This document shows positions 37,298-46,744 of a stretch of DNA of 64,000 bases, piece after piece (position 1 is the stretch's first letter; each line of letters opens with the position of its first letter). The stretch is taken from contig OZ243934.1 in the NCBI GenBank assembly GCA_965214105.1, positions 96,374-160,373 on the forward strand. Direction: 5' to 3'. Both the position numbers and the translations under genes were made by a program. The notes under the pieces are model-generated. The model had not been told where the DNA came from and made no database searches. It saw nothing but the letters and a program-made list of their open reading frames with translations. Origin of the DNA: Phototrophicaceae bacterium. GTDB lineage: Bacteria; Chloroflexota; Anaerolineae; Aggregatilineales; Phototrophicaceae.

Positions 37298-38980
37298 TTA
37301 GCCCGGCGAGCCCGGCGTCCAGGCTCTGGGCGCGATGCCTTCGATGCTCGTCTTCACATCAATCAGGGCGGGGCGATTCGCCGCCAAGGCTTGTTCCAGG
37401 GCGGGTCCCAGCTCGCTTGGCTTCGTCACCGTCAAGCCCAGGCAGCCAAAAGAGTCGGCAATCGCGGCGAAGTCGGTATCGTCGAAGAGCCACAATTCAT
37501 CCGAGCCGGTCGTCGCCCCGCCGTAGATGGCTTCGACGCCATCGCGCTCTTGATTGAGCGAGTGATTGTTGTTCACGACCGTTACGGTATGGATGCCGCA
37601 GCGCAATGCCGTCTCCAGCTCGGCGATGTGATACCAGATGCCGCCATCGCCGGTGAAGCAGAGCACGGGGCGGGCTGGCGCCGCGCACTTGGCGCCCAGT
37701 GCCGCGGGCAGCCCCCAGCCCAGCGAGCCCGAGCAGCGGATGTACGATTGTTCGGGCTGGCGCAAATCGAGCATGGTGCCGGTCCAGACGCCAGAATGCC
37801 CGGTATCGGATACGAGAATGGCATCGGCGGGCAGGCGCTCGCTCAATTCTTTGCAGAGGCGCTCGGGGCGCATGGGCGCCTCGTCCGAGCTATAGTGCGC
37901 GTCTGCCTCTTGCCACCAGGCGGCGACGCGCTCCCGCACCCATGTCAGCCAAGAGTCGCGCGGCGGGGCTGCGTCGGCCTGGGCTAGCATCTGGCGCAGC
38001 GTGGCGCGGGCATCGCCGTGCAAGCCAGCGGAAATGGCATAGTTGCGCCCGATCTCTTCGGGGTTGATATCAAGCTGGATGACTTTGGCGCCCGGGGGCG
38101 GGATGGTGTAATTGTTGGTGAGCTGCCCGCCGCCGTGGCTGCCGATGAAAAAGAGCAGATCGGCTTGGCAGACAATTTGATTGGAGCAGGCGCGCGAGTA
38201 GGAGCCAGGCACACCAACCGCCAAGGGATGATCGGCCGGGAACATCGCTTTGGCATTGAGCGCGGTGGCGACCGGGATCGAGAGCGCCTCCGCCAGCGCG
38301 ATGAGTTCGGCGCGGGCCCCCGACGCGGTGACGCCGCCGCCAGCGATAATCAGCGGGCGCTCGGCGGCATTGAGCAGCGTCAGCGCCTGGTCAATCGATG
38401 CGTAGTCGGCGATTGGGCGAAAGGGGGGCAGGGTCGCGAACTGCTCTTCCACCACGACTTCCAGGTCGGCTTCGGCATCGATCACCCCCGCCCCGTCGAT
38501 GCCTTGCAGGTCGAGATGCGTCGGGCGCGGCGTGCCGCTGGTGGCGGCGCGAAATGCCTGCCGCAGATGATGAGACAGCTCTTCCGGCTTGGCGACATAG
38601 GCGCTGTAATCGGTCACTGCCGAAAATGGTGCCATGTGATCGACTTCTTGATAGGCGTGGCGCAGTTGATGCGCCTGCCACTCGCGCCCCGTAATGGCGA
38701 CCACCGGCGAGCAGGAGAGCCAGGCATCTTGCAAGCCAGCCGCCAAGTTAACCGCCCCCACCGACTGTGCCATACACAAGCCCGGCGCGCGCTTGACGCG
38801 GGCATAGGCGTCCGCCATGTAGGCAGCCGCTTTTTCACCGTGGGTCTGCACGCGTTTGATGCCTAGATATTCCATTTCCATCAAGGCGCGCGGCGCGATA
38901 TACGGCATAAAAAAGACATGGCTGATGCCATATCCATGCACAGTATCGGCCAGCAGCTTGGCACCTGTCATCCTCGGCAT
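37298..38980 (-). CDS. thiamine-pyrophosphate-dependent enzyme (acetolactate synthase large-subunit-like)
   Basis: N-terminal GAKLLADTVHGYGISHVFFMP...THGEKAAAYMADAYAR. C-terminal TPP-binding FTGDGGIWYHIAELETA...VVNNNHSL. The start is among three nearby Met codons. Confidence 0.85.
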   Translation of the reverse strand: MPRMTGAKLLADTVHGYGISHVFFMPYIAPRALMEMEYLGIKRVQTHGEKAAAYMADAYARVKRAPGLCMAQSVGAVNLAAGLQDAWLSCSPVVAITGREWQAHQLRHAYQEVDHMAPFSAVTDYSAYVAKPEELSHHLRQAFRAATSGTPRPTHLDLQGIDGAGVIDAEADLEVVVEEQFATLPPFRPIADYASIDQALTLLNAAERPLIIAGGGVTASGARAELIALAEALSIPVATALNAKAMFPADHPLAVGVPGSYSRACSNQIVCQADLLFFIGSHGGGQLTNNYTIPPPGAKVIQLDINPEEIGRNYAISAGLHGDARATLRQMLAQADAAPPRDSWLTWVRERVAAWWQEADAHYSSDEAPMRPERLCKELSERLPADAILVSDTGHSGVWTGTMLDLRQPEQSYIRCSGSLGWGLPAALGAKCAAPARPVLCFTGDGGIWYHIAELETALRCGIHTVTVVNNNHSLNQERDGVEAIYGGATTGSDELWLFDDTDFAAIADSFGCLGLTVTKPSELGPALEQALAANRPALIDVKTSIEGIAPRAWTPGSPG

Positions 38981-39057
38981 TTTGCACTCTCCCAATTCAA
39001 TGCAATCATCCGCCGAGAATAGCGCGTCGGCTGGATTATCGCTAGCAGAAAATGGAA

Positions 39058-39564
39058 GGGGAGTGCTGAATTATCGATATAAGGCTTGCTCGCGCTGAGT
39101 CGTAGGGGCGATCCTTGGATCGCCCAAAACCCGCTTCTGCAACTGTGGGCGACACAAGTGTCGCCCCTACAAGGCTTGTCCGCTACTGAGTTTTTAATGC
39201 GCATTTCTACCCCATCCCCGACCGCCAGTGTCGGCGGGTCAGTGTCGGCGGGCTGTGTCTACGCGCCCTACGCGACCCCACGCGGCGCAGCCCCTTGCCG
39301 GCGGTCAGTGTCTACGCGACCCAGCAAGCTAGGGAAGGGGAGCTAGGATATTGCAAACTCTATAAACTATGCCAATTCTGCTTGAATCCAAGTTCACATT
39401 AGCGATAATCACGACAAATCAGTGCTCATCCCCCCATTGCAATGGGGGGACCGAGGGGGGTAAACCAAAGGGCGATCGCGAATCCTAAAGTACCGGACAA
39501 GCCTTACATCTAGGTTATCCATATACAGAATTTCGGTCTGCATATCCTCGCATTCACCACTCCC
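39058..39564. repeat. mosaic hairpin-rich MITE-like element, copy D
   Basis: Bounded by GGGGAGTGCTGAAT (39058-39071) and ATTCACCACTCCC (39552-39564). The inner segment 39171-39505 is flanked by AAGGCTTGTCCG/CGGACAAGCCTT. It contains the 183-bp core (39321-39503). Confidence 0.8.
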
Positions 39565-39726
39565 ATGGAAGGGGAGTGGGTTTGTGAAATGGGCATATCA
39601 ATGAAATTCAGCACTGCCCTCAAGTTTCGCAGCCTGCCATTACTTAGCGAGGCTGATACAATGGGGCGCGCGCCAGCCCAACAGGCTGGACCTTGTGATG
39701 AGTTTAAGCCGTGAAAGGATAGCGAA

Positions 39727-41181
39727 ATGGGCAATCTGGCGGATATTGGATTAATTGGCTTAGCGGTGATGGGCCAGAACCTCGCCCTAAATATCCAAGA
39801 CCAGGGCTATCGCGTCGCTGTTTTCAATCGCACAACTTCGAAGGTCAGCCGCTTTTTGGAAAATGAAGCGAAAGACAGCGGCATCATCGGCGCCTATACG
39901 CCGGCAGCATTCATCGCCAGCATCAAGCAGCCGCGCAAGATCATCTTGATGATTCAAGCGGGCGAGGCGGTGGACAAGTCGATCGCGCAATTAGCGCCGC
40001 TGCTCGATGAGGGCGATATCATCATCGACGGCGGCAATTCCAATTTCAGCGATACCATTCGCCGCACGCAGCAAGTCGAGGCGCAGGGGCTGCTCTTCGT
40101 TGGGGCGGGCATCAGCGGCGGCGAGGAAGGCGCGCGTTACGGTCCCTCAATTATGCCGGGCGGCTCGCCGGCGGCTTGGGCGGCGGTCAAACCGATATTG
40201 CAGGCGGTGGCAGCCAAAGCGCCGGACGGCCGCCCTTGCTGCGATTGGGTAGGCGAAGGCGGCGCCGGGCACTTCGTCAAAATGGTGCATAACGGCATCG
40301 AATATGGCGACATGCAATTGATCTGCGAAGCCTACCATCTGATGTCGGCTGTGCTGGGCTTGGACGAAGGCGAGATTAGCGAGGTCTTTCAGCGCTGGAA
40401 TCGCGGCTTGCTCGAGTCTTTTCTGATCGAGATCACAGCCAATATCCTGGCTTACCAAGCTGAAGACGGGGCGCCGCTCCTACGCCAGATCCTGGATGTC
40501 GCCAGCCAAAAAGGCACCGGCAAATGGACGGCGATCACGGCATTGCAAGAGGGCACGCCCCTGACGCTCATCGGCGAGGCGGTCTTCGCGCGCTTCCTAT
40601 CGGCGATTAAGGAGCAGCGCGTCGCCGCGGCAAAAGTTCTGCCCGGTCCGCAAGCCGAATTCCAGGGCGACCCGGGGCAGTTCATCGACGATTTGGAGCA
40701 AGCGGTATACGCCGCCAAGATCATCAGCTACACCCAGGGCTATATGCTGATGCAAGACGCGGCGCGCAGCTACCACTGGAATTTGAATTATGGCGGGGTG
40801 GCGCTGATGTGGCGCGAAGGCTGCATCATCCGCTCGGCATTTTTGAGCAAGATACAGGAAGCCTACGCCAAGAAGCCCTCACTGGCGAACCTGCTGCTGG
40901 ATGATTATTTCAGCAATGCCGTCATCGGGGCGCAATCGGCTTGGCGCGGCGCGGTGACAAGGGGCATCCAGCATGGCATTCCGCTGCCCATCATGAGCGG
41001 GGCGCTGGCTTTCTATGATGGCTATCGCTCGGCGAATTTGCCGGCGAACCTGCTGCAAGCCCAGCGCGATTACTTCGGCGCGCATACTTACGAGCGGGTC
41101 GATCGCCCGCGCGGGGAATATTTTCACACCAATTGGACGGGCACGGGCGGCGATGTCACGGCTGGGAGTTATGATGCGTAG
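39727..41181 (+). CDS. gnd: 6-phosphogluconate dehydrogenase, decarboxylating
   Basis: IGLIGLAVMGQNLALNIQDQGYRVAVFNRT, GAGHFVKMVHNGIEYGDMQLI. Confidence 0.95.
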   Translation: MGNLADIGLIGLAVMGQNLALNIQDQGYRVAVFNRTTSKVSRFLENEAKDSGIIGAYTPAAFIASIKQPRKIILMIQAGEAVDKSIAQLAPLLDEGDIIIDGGNSNFSDTIRRTQQVEAQGLLFVGAGISGGEEGARYGPSIMPGGSPAAWAAVKPILQAVAAKAPDGRPCCDWVGEGGAGHFVKMVHNGIEYGDMQLICEAYHLMSAVLGLDEGEISEVFQRWNRGLLESFLIEITANILAYQAEDGAPLLRQILDVASQKGTGKWTAITALQEGTPLTLIGEAVFARFLSAIKEQRVAAAKVLPGPQAEFQGDPGQFIDDLEQAVYAAKIISYTQGYMLMQDAARSYHWNLNYGGVALMWREGCIIRSAFLSKIQEAYAKKPSLANLLLDDYFSNAVIGAQSAWRGAVTRGIQHGIPLPIMSGALAFYDGYRSANLPANLLQAQRDYFGAHTYERVDRPRGEYFHTNWTGTGGDVTAGSYDA

Positions 41182-41262
41182 GGCGCGTTCTTCCATGGCC
41201 TGCGCTAAAGCCTAAACGCGCTCCCCCGCCCACCGCATTTGAATGGCGGACAAGGAGAATTC

Positions 41263-42639
41263 ATGCCCAGGCAAGCGGCATCCAACCGATTGTACTTTGG
41301 CGATTGCCTAGAAATTATGACGGAGTATATCCCCGACGAATCGGTCGATTTGATATACCTGGACCCGCCTTTCAATTCTAAGCGAATCTATAACGCCTTC
41401 ATCGGCGGCGCACAATGGGTCGCTTTTGACGATACCTGGCGCTGGTACGAGGCGATTGACGATTTCCATGCGGTCGCCAGCGATGTGTCGCTCGCCCCGA
41501 CAATGGAGGGCTTGCGCCGCATCTTGGGCGAAGGCGGAGAGCTGGCTTACCTGTCTTATATGGCGAACCGCCTGCGCGAGTGTCGCCGTGTATTGAAGCC
41601 GACTGGCAGCATCTACCTGCACTGCGACCCGACGATGAGTCATTTTTTGAAAATCGTCATGGATGGGGTATTTGGAAAGAAAAACTTCCGCAACGAGGTC
41701 ATTTGGCATTATCGAAAATGGTCGACCGGAAAATACGCCTTTCAGCGGAATCATGATGTGCTGTTCTTTTATTCACGGTCACGCTCCCGCGAGCGGGCAT
41801 TCAATCAATTATTCATGCCGAGGAGCGCAGCCACGATAAAGCGATTTGGCGCCAAGCGGATCATCTCGGGCTATGATGAAGCGGGCCAGCGAATGCCATC
41901 GCAAGTATCAGAAGAAGACTCGGAAGGCGTTCGGCTGGATGATGTCTGGGACATTGCTCGCGTTCCGCCTATCAAACAGCTATATCCGACGGAGAAGCCC
42001 TTAGCGCTTTTGGAGCGGATAATTCAAGCCAGCAGCGATGAAGGCGCTGTTGTCTTCGACCCCTTCTGCGGCTGCGGCACGACGATTCACGCGGCGCAGA
42101 ATCTGGGGCGGCGCTGGATCGGCATTGATGTCTGCGTCCAAGCCTGCAAAGTGATTCAGAAGCGCATCGAGGGCCACTTCGACAGCCTCTGGGACGATAT
42201 CGAATTCGTCGGCATGCCCAAGACCCTCGAAGATGCTAGAGCGCTGGCGGCTTATGACCCATTCAAATTTGAGCGCTGGGCGGCGTCTCTTGTGCCGGGC
42301 ATGGAAGCCAACAAAAAACAGCGCGGCGATAAAGGCATTGATGGGCGCGGTCGGCTGCCGATTCGCAAGGGGCAGTTCCTTGATGTGGTCGCCCAGGTGA
42401 AAGCGGGCAATACGAACCCAAGCCAGGTGCAAGCCTTCAATGAGGCGCGGCGGCAGGCGGGCGCGGAGCTAGGGGTATTCACCTGTTTTGAAGACCGGGT
42501 AACAAGCGGCATGCGCAACGCGGCTGCCAACACTGGCAAGTACCGGGACCAATGGCCCCTGATTCAAATCTATACCATCGAAGACTACTTCGCTGGCCGG
42601 CTGCCAGATCTGCCAATAGCGAATATCAGCCTGCCCTAG
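41263..42639 (+). CDS. beta-class N4/N6 DNA methyltransferase fused to a C-terminal Mrr-cat-type (PD-(D/E)xK) nuclease domain
   Basis: Motif IV DPPFN comes early and motif I FDPFCGCGTT comes late (beta-class order). The C-terminus has GDKGIDGRG...VVAQVKAG (D...QxK). AAGGAG RBS before the ATG at 41263. Confidence 0.85.
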   Translation: MPRQAASNRLYFGDCLEIMTEYIPDESVDLIYLDPPFNSKRIYNAFIGGAQWVAFDDTWRWYEAIDDFHAVASDVSLAPTMEGLRRILGEGGELAYLSYMANRLRECRRVLKPTGSIYLHCDPTMSHFLKIVMDGVFGKKNFRNEVIWHYRKWSTGKYAFQRNHDVLFFYSRSRSRERAFNQLFMPRSAATIKRFGAKRIISGYDEAGQRMPSQVSEEDSEGVRLDDVWDIARVPPIKQLYPTEKPLALLERIIQASSDEGAVVFDPFCGCGTTIHAAQNLGRRWIGIDVCVQACKVIQKRIEGHFDSLWDDIEFVGMPKTLEDARALAAYDPFKFERWAASLVPGMEANKKQRGDKGIDGRGRLPIRKGQFLDVVAQVKAGNTNPSQVQAFNEARRQAGAELGVFTCFEDRVTSGMRNAAANTGKYRDQWPLIQIYTIEDYFAGRLPDLPIANISLP

Positions 42640-42708
42640 GCTTTCTTGGCGGCTCCGCCAAGCAGCATGACATAGCCGCCCGGCGGCCCTATGTGGCTGA
42701 AATGTGAA

Positions 42709-43707
42709 CTAAGGCAGCTCGGGCAGAAACATATAGTCCGGCTCGCGCTTCTGCCGCCGCAGGATCGGAATGATCTGCCGCCAAGTGCCGATGATGCCCC
42801 GGCCCGGCAGGGGCGTATCGTCCCGCACCAGGCGATGCAATTCGGGCAGGTTGTAAAAGGGCACCGCCGCGTACATATGGTGCTCGATGTGGTAATTCAT
42901 CTGCCAATAGAGCATTGCCAGCAGCGGATTCAGCAAGATGGTGCGCGTATTGAGCCGGTAATCGTCCACGCGGTCGGTCAAGCCGATATGCTGGGCTTCG
43001 TTGAGCAGATATTGGAAGCCGCCGCCATAAAAGGGCGCCAGGGTGACGAGCACGATTAACATCCACCAGCCCTGCGCCAAGGAAAGCGCCACAAGCAGCA
43101 GCTGCCCAAGCAGCATGAAACGCGCCCAATTGAAGAGCTTGCGCCGCTGCTCCAGCGCTTCCGGCGGGAAGAGCGCCCGCTCCCAGTCGCTGCCGATGAC
43201 GCCGAAGCACAGTTGCAGCACCTGTTTCAGGCGCAGCGCGAAGCCGCGCGGGTTGACGAAGGCGAAGCCCAGATAAGACTTCAGCGTCAGCTGCACCGGC
43301 AAGACAACCTCCAGATCATCCGGCGGGTGCAGGGTATAGCGGTGATGCGCCTGATGGCTAGCCCAGAAGGAAACGTGGTTATACCAGCCGAAAAAACTAT
43401 AGATGTTGCGAAACAGGCTGTTAAGCGCCGGCGTCTTGAAGACAGTTTTGTGGCAGAGCTCGTGGAAGCCGTTGACCATAAATGCCCAGAGCGAACCATG
43501 CAGGTAGACGAGGGCGACGACCACCAGCCAGTGCGCCCGGCTGAGAGCATACCAGGCAATGCCGCCACTGCAAAGGAGCAGCGCCAGAAAACCCACCGTC
43601 TGCAGCAAGCCCTTGAAATCACTGCGTTGGTTGAGCCGCGCCAGATCGGCCGCTGATACCGGCGTGCGATACCACTTGATTTGTCGGCTGCGCCGCTTAT
43701 CGCTCAT
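42709..43707 (-). CDS. membrane fatty-acid desaturase family protein
   Basis: His boxes HELCH, HQAHHRYTLH and HIEHHMY. The ATG at 43707 avoids overlap with the upstream gene. The track ORF extends to 43857. Confidence 0.85.
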   Translation of the reverse strand: MSDKRRSRQIKWYRTPVSAADLARLNQRSDFKGLLQTVGFLALLLCSGGIAWYALSRAHWLVVVALVYLHGSLWAFMVNGFHELCHKTVFKTPALNSLFRNIYSFFGWYNHVSFWASHQAHHRYTLHPPDDLEVVLPVQLTLKSYLGFAFVNPRGFALRLKQVLQLCFGVIGSDWERALFPPEALEQRRKLFNWARFMLLGQLLLVALSLAQGWWMLIVLVTLAPFYGGGFQYLLNEAQHIGLTDRVDDYRLNTRTILLNPLLAMLYWQMNYHIEHHMYAAVPFYNLPELHRLVRDDTPLPGRGIIGTWRQIIPILRRQKREPDYMFLPELP

Positions 43708-43721
43708 GTCGCCCGCCCAGT

Positions 43722-44747
43722 CTAATCGAAGCTCAGCATCGCTTTTATCACGCCAGTCGCCGGATCCAGCCAAGTGGGAAAATCGGGAACGATGCTTGCG
43801 GGCGTCGCCTGATGCGTGATCCAAGGTGCCAGGTTGATAGCGCCAGCGCGCAGGCAATCGATAACCCAGCTGAAATCCGCCGGGGTGGCGTTGCGGCTGG
43901 CTAGCAGCGTCATTTCATGCGAATGAAAATGGGGATCGCTGAAGTGGATATCGCCGGTGATATGCCCGACAAGAACCAGTGAACCGCCATGCGCCACGTA
44001 ATCAAAAGCCGCCTGCATCGAATTAGCATTGCCAGTGCAATCGAAGACGAGCGTGGGCAATTCGCCACCGAGCAAGGCTTTCACCTGCCCCATCGCGTCG
44101 CCGCGGGCATCGACCAGCTTATTGATGCCCAAGACCTCGGCGCAGAAACCGAGCCTTGTCTCGTTGACTTCCATCACCATCACGTCGGCGCCGGCGATTT
44201 TGGCGAATTGGGCGGTCGCCAAGCCGATGGGTCCAGCGCCAATCACCAGCGCCGCCTCGCCCGGGCTGACGCGGGCGCGTTTGGCAGCGTGCGCGCCGAT
44301 GCAGAGCATCTCGACCAGCGCCAGCTGCTCGATAGCGACGCCATCCGCTTTGAGCAGCTTGTCGCTGGGCAGGGTGAATTGTTCGCGCATGCCGCCATCG
44401 ACATGCACACCGAGCACCTGCATACCCGTGCAGCAATTGGTCTTGCCGCGGCGGCAGGCGATGCAAGCCCCGCAATTCAAATACGGGATGACGCAGCATT
44501 GATCGCCAACGGCGACGCCCAATTCAGCCTCAGTGGCGCCAATATCGAGGACTTCGACCGCCAGCTCGTGCCCCATGATGCGCGGGTAACTGAAGAAATT
44601 CTGCTTGCCGCCATACGCATGCAGGTCGGTGCCACAGATGCCGACGCGCCGAACCCGCGCCAATGCCTCGCCAGGACCTGGCGGCGCGGGCGGGTGCCGC
44701 TCCTGCAAGCATAGCCTTCCCGGCTCTTCCAGGACGATTGCTCTCAC
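43722..44747 (-). CDS. zinc-dependent alcohol/polyol dehydrogenase (MDR family)
   Basis: GICGTDLHAY, GHELAVEV, structural-zinc CGACIACRRGKTNCC, GAGPIGL. Confidence 0.9.
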   Translation of the reverse strand: MRAIVLEEPGRLCLQERHPPAPPGPGEALARVRRVGICGTDLHAYGGKQNFFSYPRIMGHELAVEVLDIGATEAELGVAVGDQCCVIPYLNCGACIACRRGKTNCCTGMQVLGVHVDGGMREQFTLPSDKLLKADGVAIEQLALVEMLCIGAHAAKRARVSPGEAALVIGAGPIGLATAQFAKIAGADVMVMEVNETRLGFCAEVLGINKLVDARGDAMGQVKALLGGELPTLVFDCTGNANSMQAAFDYVAHGGSLVLVGHITGDIHFSDPHFHSHEMTLLASRNATPADFSWVIDCLRAGAINLAPWITHQATPASIVPDFPTWLDPATGVIKAMLSFD

Positions 44748-44829
44748 GCCTTGTCTCCTTGACTATAGGCGAGCGACAGCCTGCGCCGAGCGCGAGGCAG
44801 CGCCCGCTGGAAGCAATTGGCGACGCAGA

Positions 44830-45615
44830 TTATGTCAGCGCCAATACGCGGCAGGGACCGCCAGAACCTTCCTTCCAGCGCGGTATGCCCACCACCACTG
44901 TCGCCTTACGATCTTTGATGGCAGCCAGATTGCGCACATTTTCGACGCAGTACAAGCCGGCCCCCAATGTGCTGTAGTGGGCGGGCAAGGTCGTCGAATT
45001 GCCAGCGTCCAGGCTAGGTGTATCCACCGCCAGGCCGTGAATGTCCCGCTCCTCCACCAAGAAGGCGGCGGCTTCTTCGCCGAAACCGGGGAAATGCGCG
45101 ACGTTTTCCTCATCGCGGTTGATGTACGCTGGCGGGTTATCCCAGTGCGCTTCCCAGCCCGAATGCATGCAGACCAAGGCACCTGGCGGCACTTCGCCAT
45201 TCATGCTCTCCCAAGCGCGGATATCTTCCGCCGTAACGAAGGCGTCGGCGTCTTCCGCGGCGCGGTCGCTGATATCGATCACCACCGCTGGGCTGACCAG
45301 CAGGTTCGGGTCATAGGTATCGATATTCTCGCCACCATCTTTGATGAAATGCGAGGGGGCATCCACATGGGTGCTGGAATGTTCGTTTAAGTTCCACTGC
45401 TGCCAATAGATCACTTGCGATGCGAACTCAATCACTTCGCGGCTGGGCGCAAAATTGGGACCAAAAATGTGAGGCGATTCCTCGCCAAGCACATGCGAAA
45501 GATCAACAACCTCGCCCATCATATCTTGCCCGAGCACCGGCAGGGGACGGCTAGCCATGGCAGCTGCGCCCGCAGCCAGCCCCCCGCCGAGCCTGAGCAG
45601 ACGGCGCCGGCTCAT
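44830..45615 (-). CDS. Tat-exported cyclase-family (kynurenine formamidase-like) hydrolase
   Basis: MSRRRLLRLGGGLAAGAAAMA twin-arginine signal from the ATG at 45615 (RBS GAAGGA). HVDAPSHF motif. Confidence 0.8.
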   Translation of the reverse strand: MSRRRLLRLGGGLAAGAAAMASRPLPVLGQDMMGEVVDLSHVLGEESPHIFGPNFAPSREVIEFASQVIYWQQWNLNEHSSTHVDAPSHFIKDGGENIDTYDPNLLVSPAVVIDISDRAAEDADAFVTAEDIRAWESMNGEVPPGALVCMHSGWEAHWDNPPAYINRDEENVAHFPGFGEEAAAFLVEERDIHGLAVDTPSLDAGNSTTLPAHYSTLGAGLYCVENVRNLAAIKDRKATVVVGIPRWKEGSGGPCRVLALT

Positions 45616-45798
45616 GGCGGGCGGTCCTTCTTTCTCTAGACGTTCTTTTACAACTTCCATAATTCTTGGCGAACACATGGTGTTTTCTCCTAGTTATGGA
45701 TTATTGACAACTCAGCCCCAGGCATAGCACCCGCTGGCTGATAAGGAATCCTAGCGCAATTGGCGCGCGGCGGCAAATAGCCCGCGGCGCTGCTCCGC

Positions 45799-46635
45799 TC
45801 AGGGGAGGCGATAAAATTGCCTGGCATTGCCGCCCATGACCGCTGCCTGTTCATCAGCCGAGAGCGCGGCAATATAATGCTCAACGATGCCGACCACATC
45901 GCTGTAACTGCCGGCTAGGGTACAGACGGGCCAATCGCTGCCGAACATCAGCCGCTCGACGCCGAAGCAATCGAAGACAATATCGAGGTAAGGCTCAAAG
46001 TCCGCTTGCGTCCAGCTGCCCCAAGCCGCCTCCGTCACCAAGCCGGAGACCTTGCAGCAAACGTTGTCAAAGGAAGCCAGGCTGCGGATGTCCGCTTCCC
46101 AAGCGCCGATGAGGCTGTCTTTGATGAAGGGTTTGGCGATATGGTCCAGCACGAAGGGCTGCTGCGGGAATTGTTTGACGACATCGATGGCGACGGGGAT
46201 ATGCCGGGGGTAGAGCAGCAAATCATAGCGAAGGTCATAGGCTTGGAGCGCCGCCAGCCCCTGCAGGAAATTGCCGCCGAGCATGAAGCGGTCATCGGCT
46301 TCGTCGTGCACAATATGGCGGAGGCCAACCAAGCGCGGCTGCGAGGCGAAACGTTCAAGCTGCGCTTCGACATCGTCGGCGCGCATATCCACCCAGCCGA
46401 CCACACCGCGGATTAAGTCGTATTGATCGGCGAGATCGAGCAAGAATTCGGTCTCGCGCAAGGTCTGCCGCGCCTGCACCGCGACGGTGCCATCCATGCC
46501 GCTGGAGGCCAGCAAGGGCTGCAGCTGCGGCGGCAGGTAATCGATTTGCAGCGGACTGCGGTCGCCCGCCATCCAGCCATAATCGGCGGCATTGTAGCGC
46601 CAGAAGTGTTGATGCGAATCTATGCGAGCCGTCAT
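45799..46635 (-). CDS. amidohydrolase-2 family lactonase (L-fucono-1,5-lactonase-like)
   Basis: IDSHQHFW start motif, GLRHIVHDE, FGSDWPV. Neighbouring GH29 fucosidase. Confidence 0.8.
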   Translation of the reverse strand: MTARIDSHQHFWRYNAADYGWMAGDRSPLQIDYLPPQLQPLLASSGMDGTVAVQARQTLRETEFLLDLADQYDLIRGVVGWVDMRADDVEAQLERFASQPRLVGLRHIVHDEADDRFMLGGNFLQGLAALQAYDLRYDLLLYPRHIPVAIDVVKQFPQQPFVLDHIAKPFIKDSLIGAWEADIRSLASFDNVCCKVSGLVTEAAWGSWTQADFEPYLDIVFDCFGVERLMFGSDWPVCTLAGSYSDVVGIVEHYIAALSADEQAAVMGGNARQFYRLP

Positions 46636-46744
46636 GAATGATTCCTGTATCGGTCCATTGTGCATCCATTCTAACGCAGGCAGTGGCGACGCGAAAGTGG
46701 CGCAGACAAAGCCAGGAGTGGCAAATCAAATTAAACAAAGGCGG

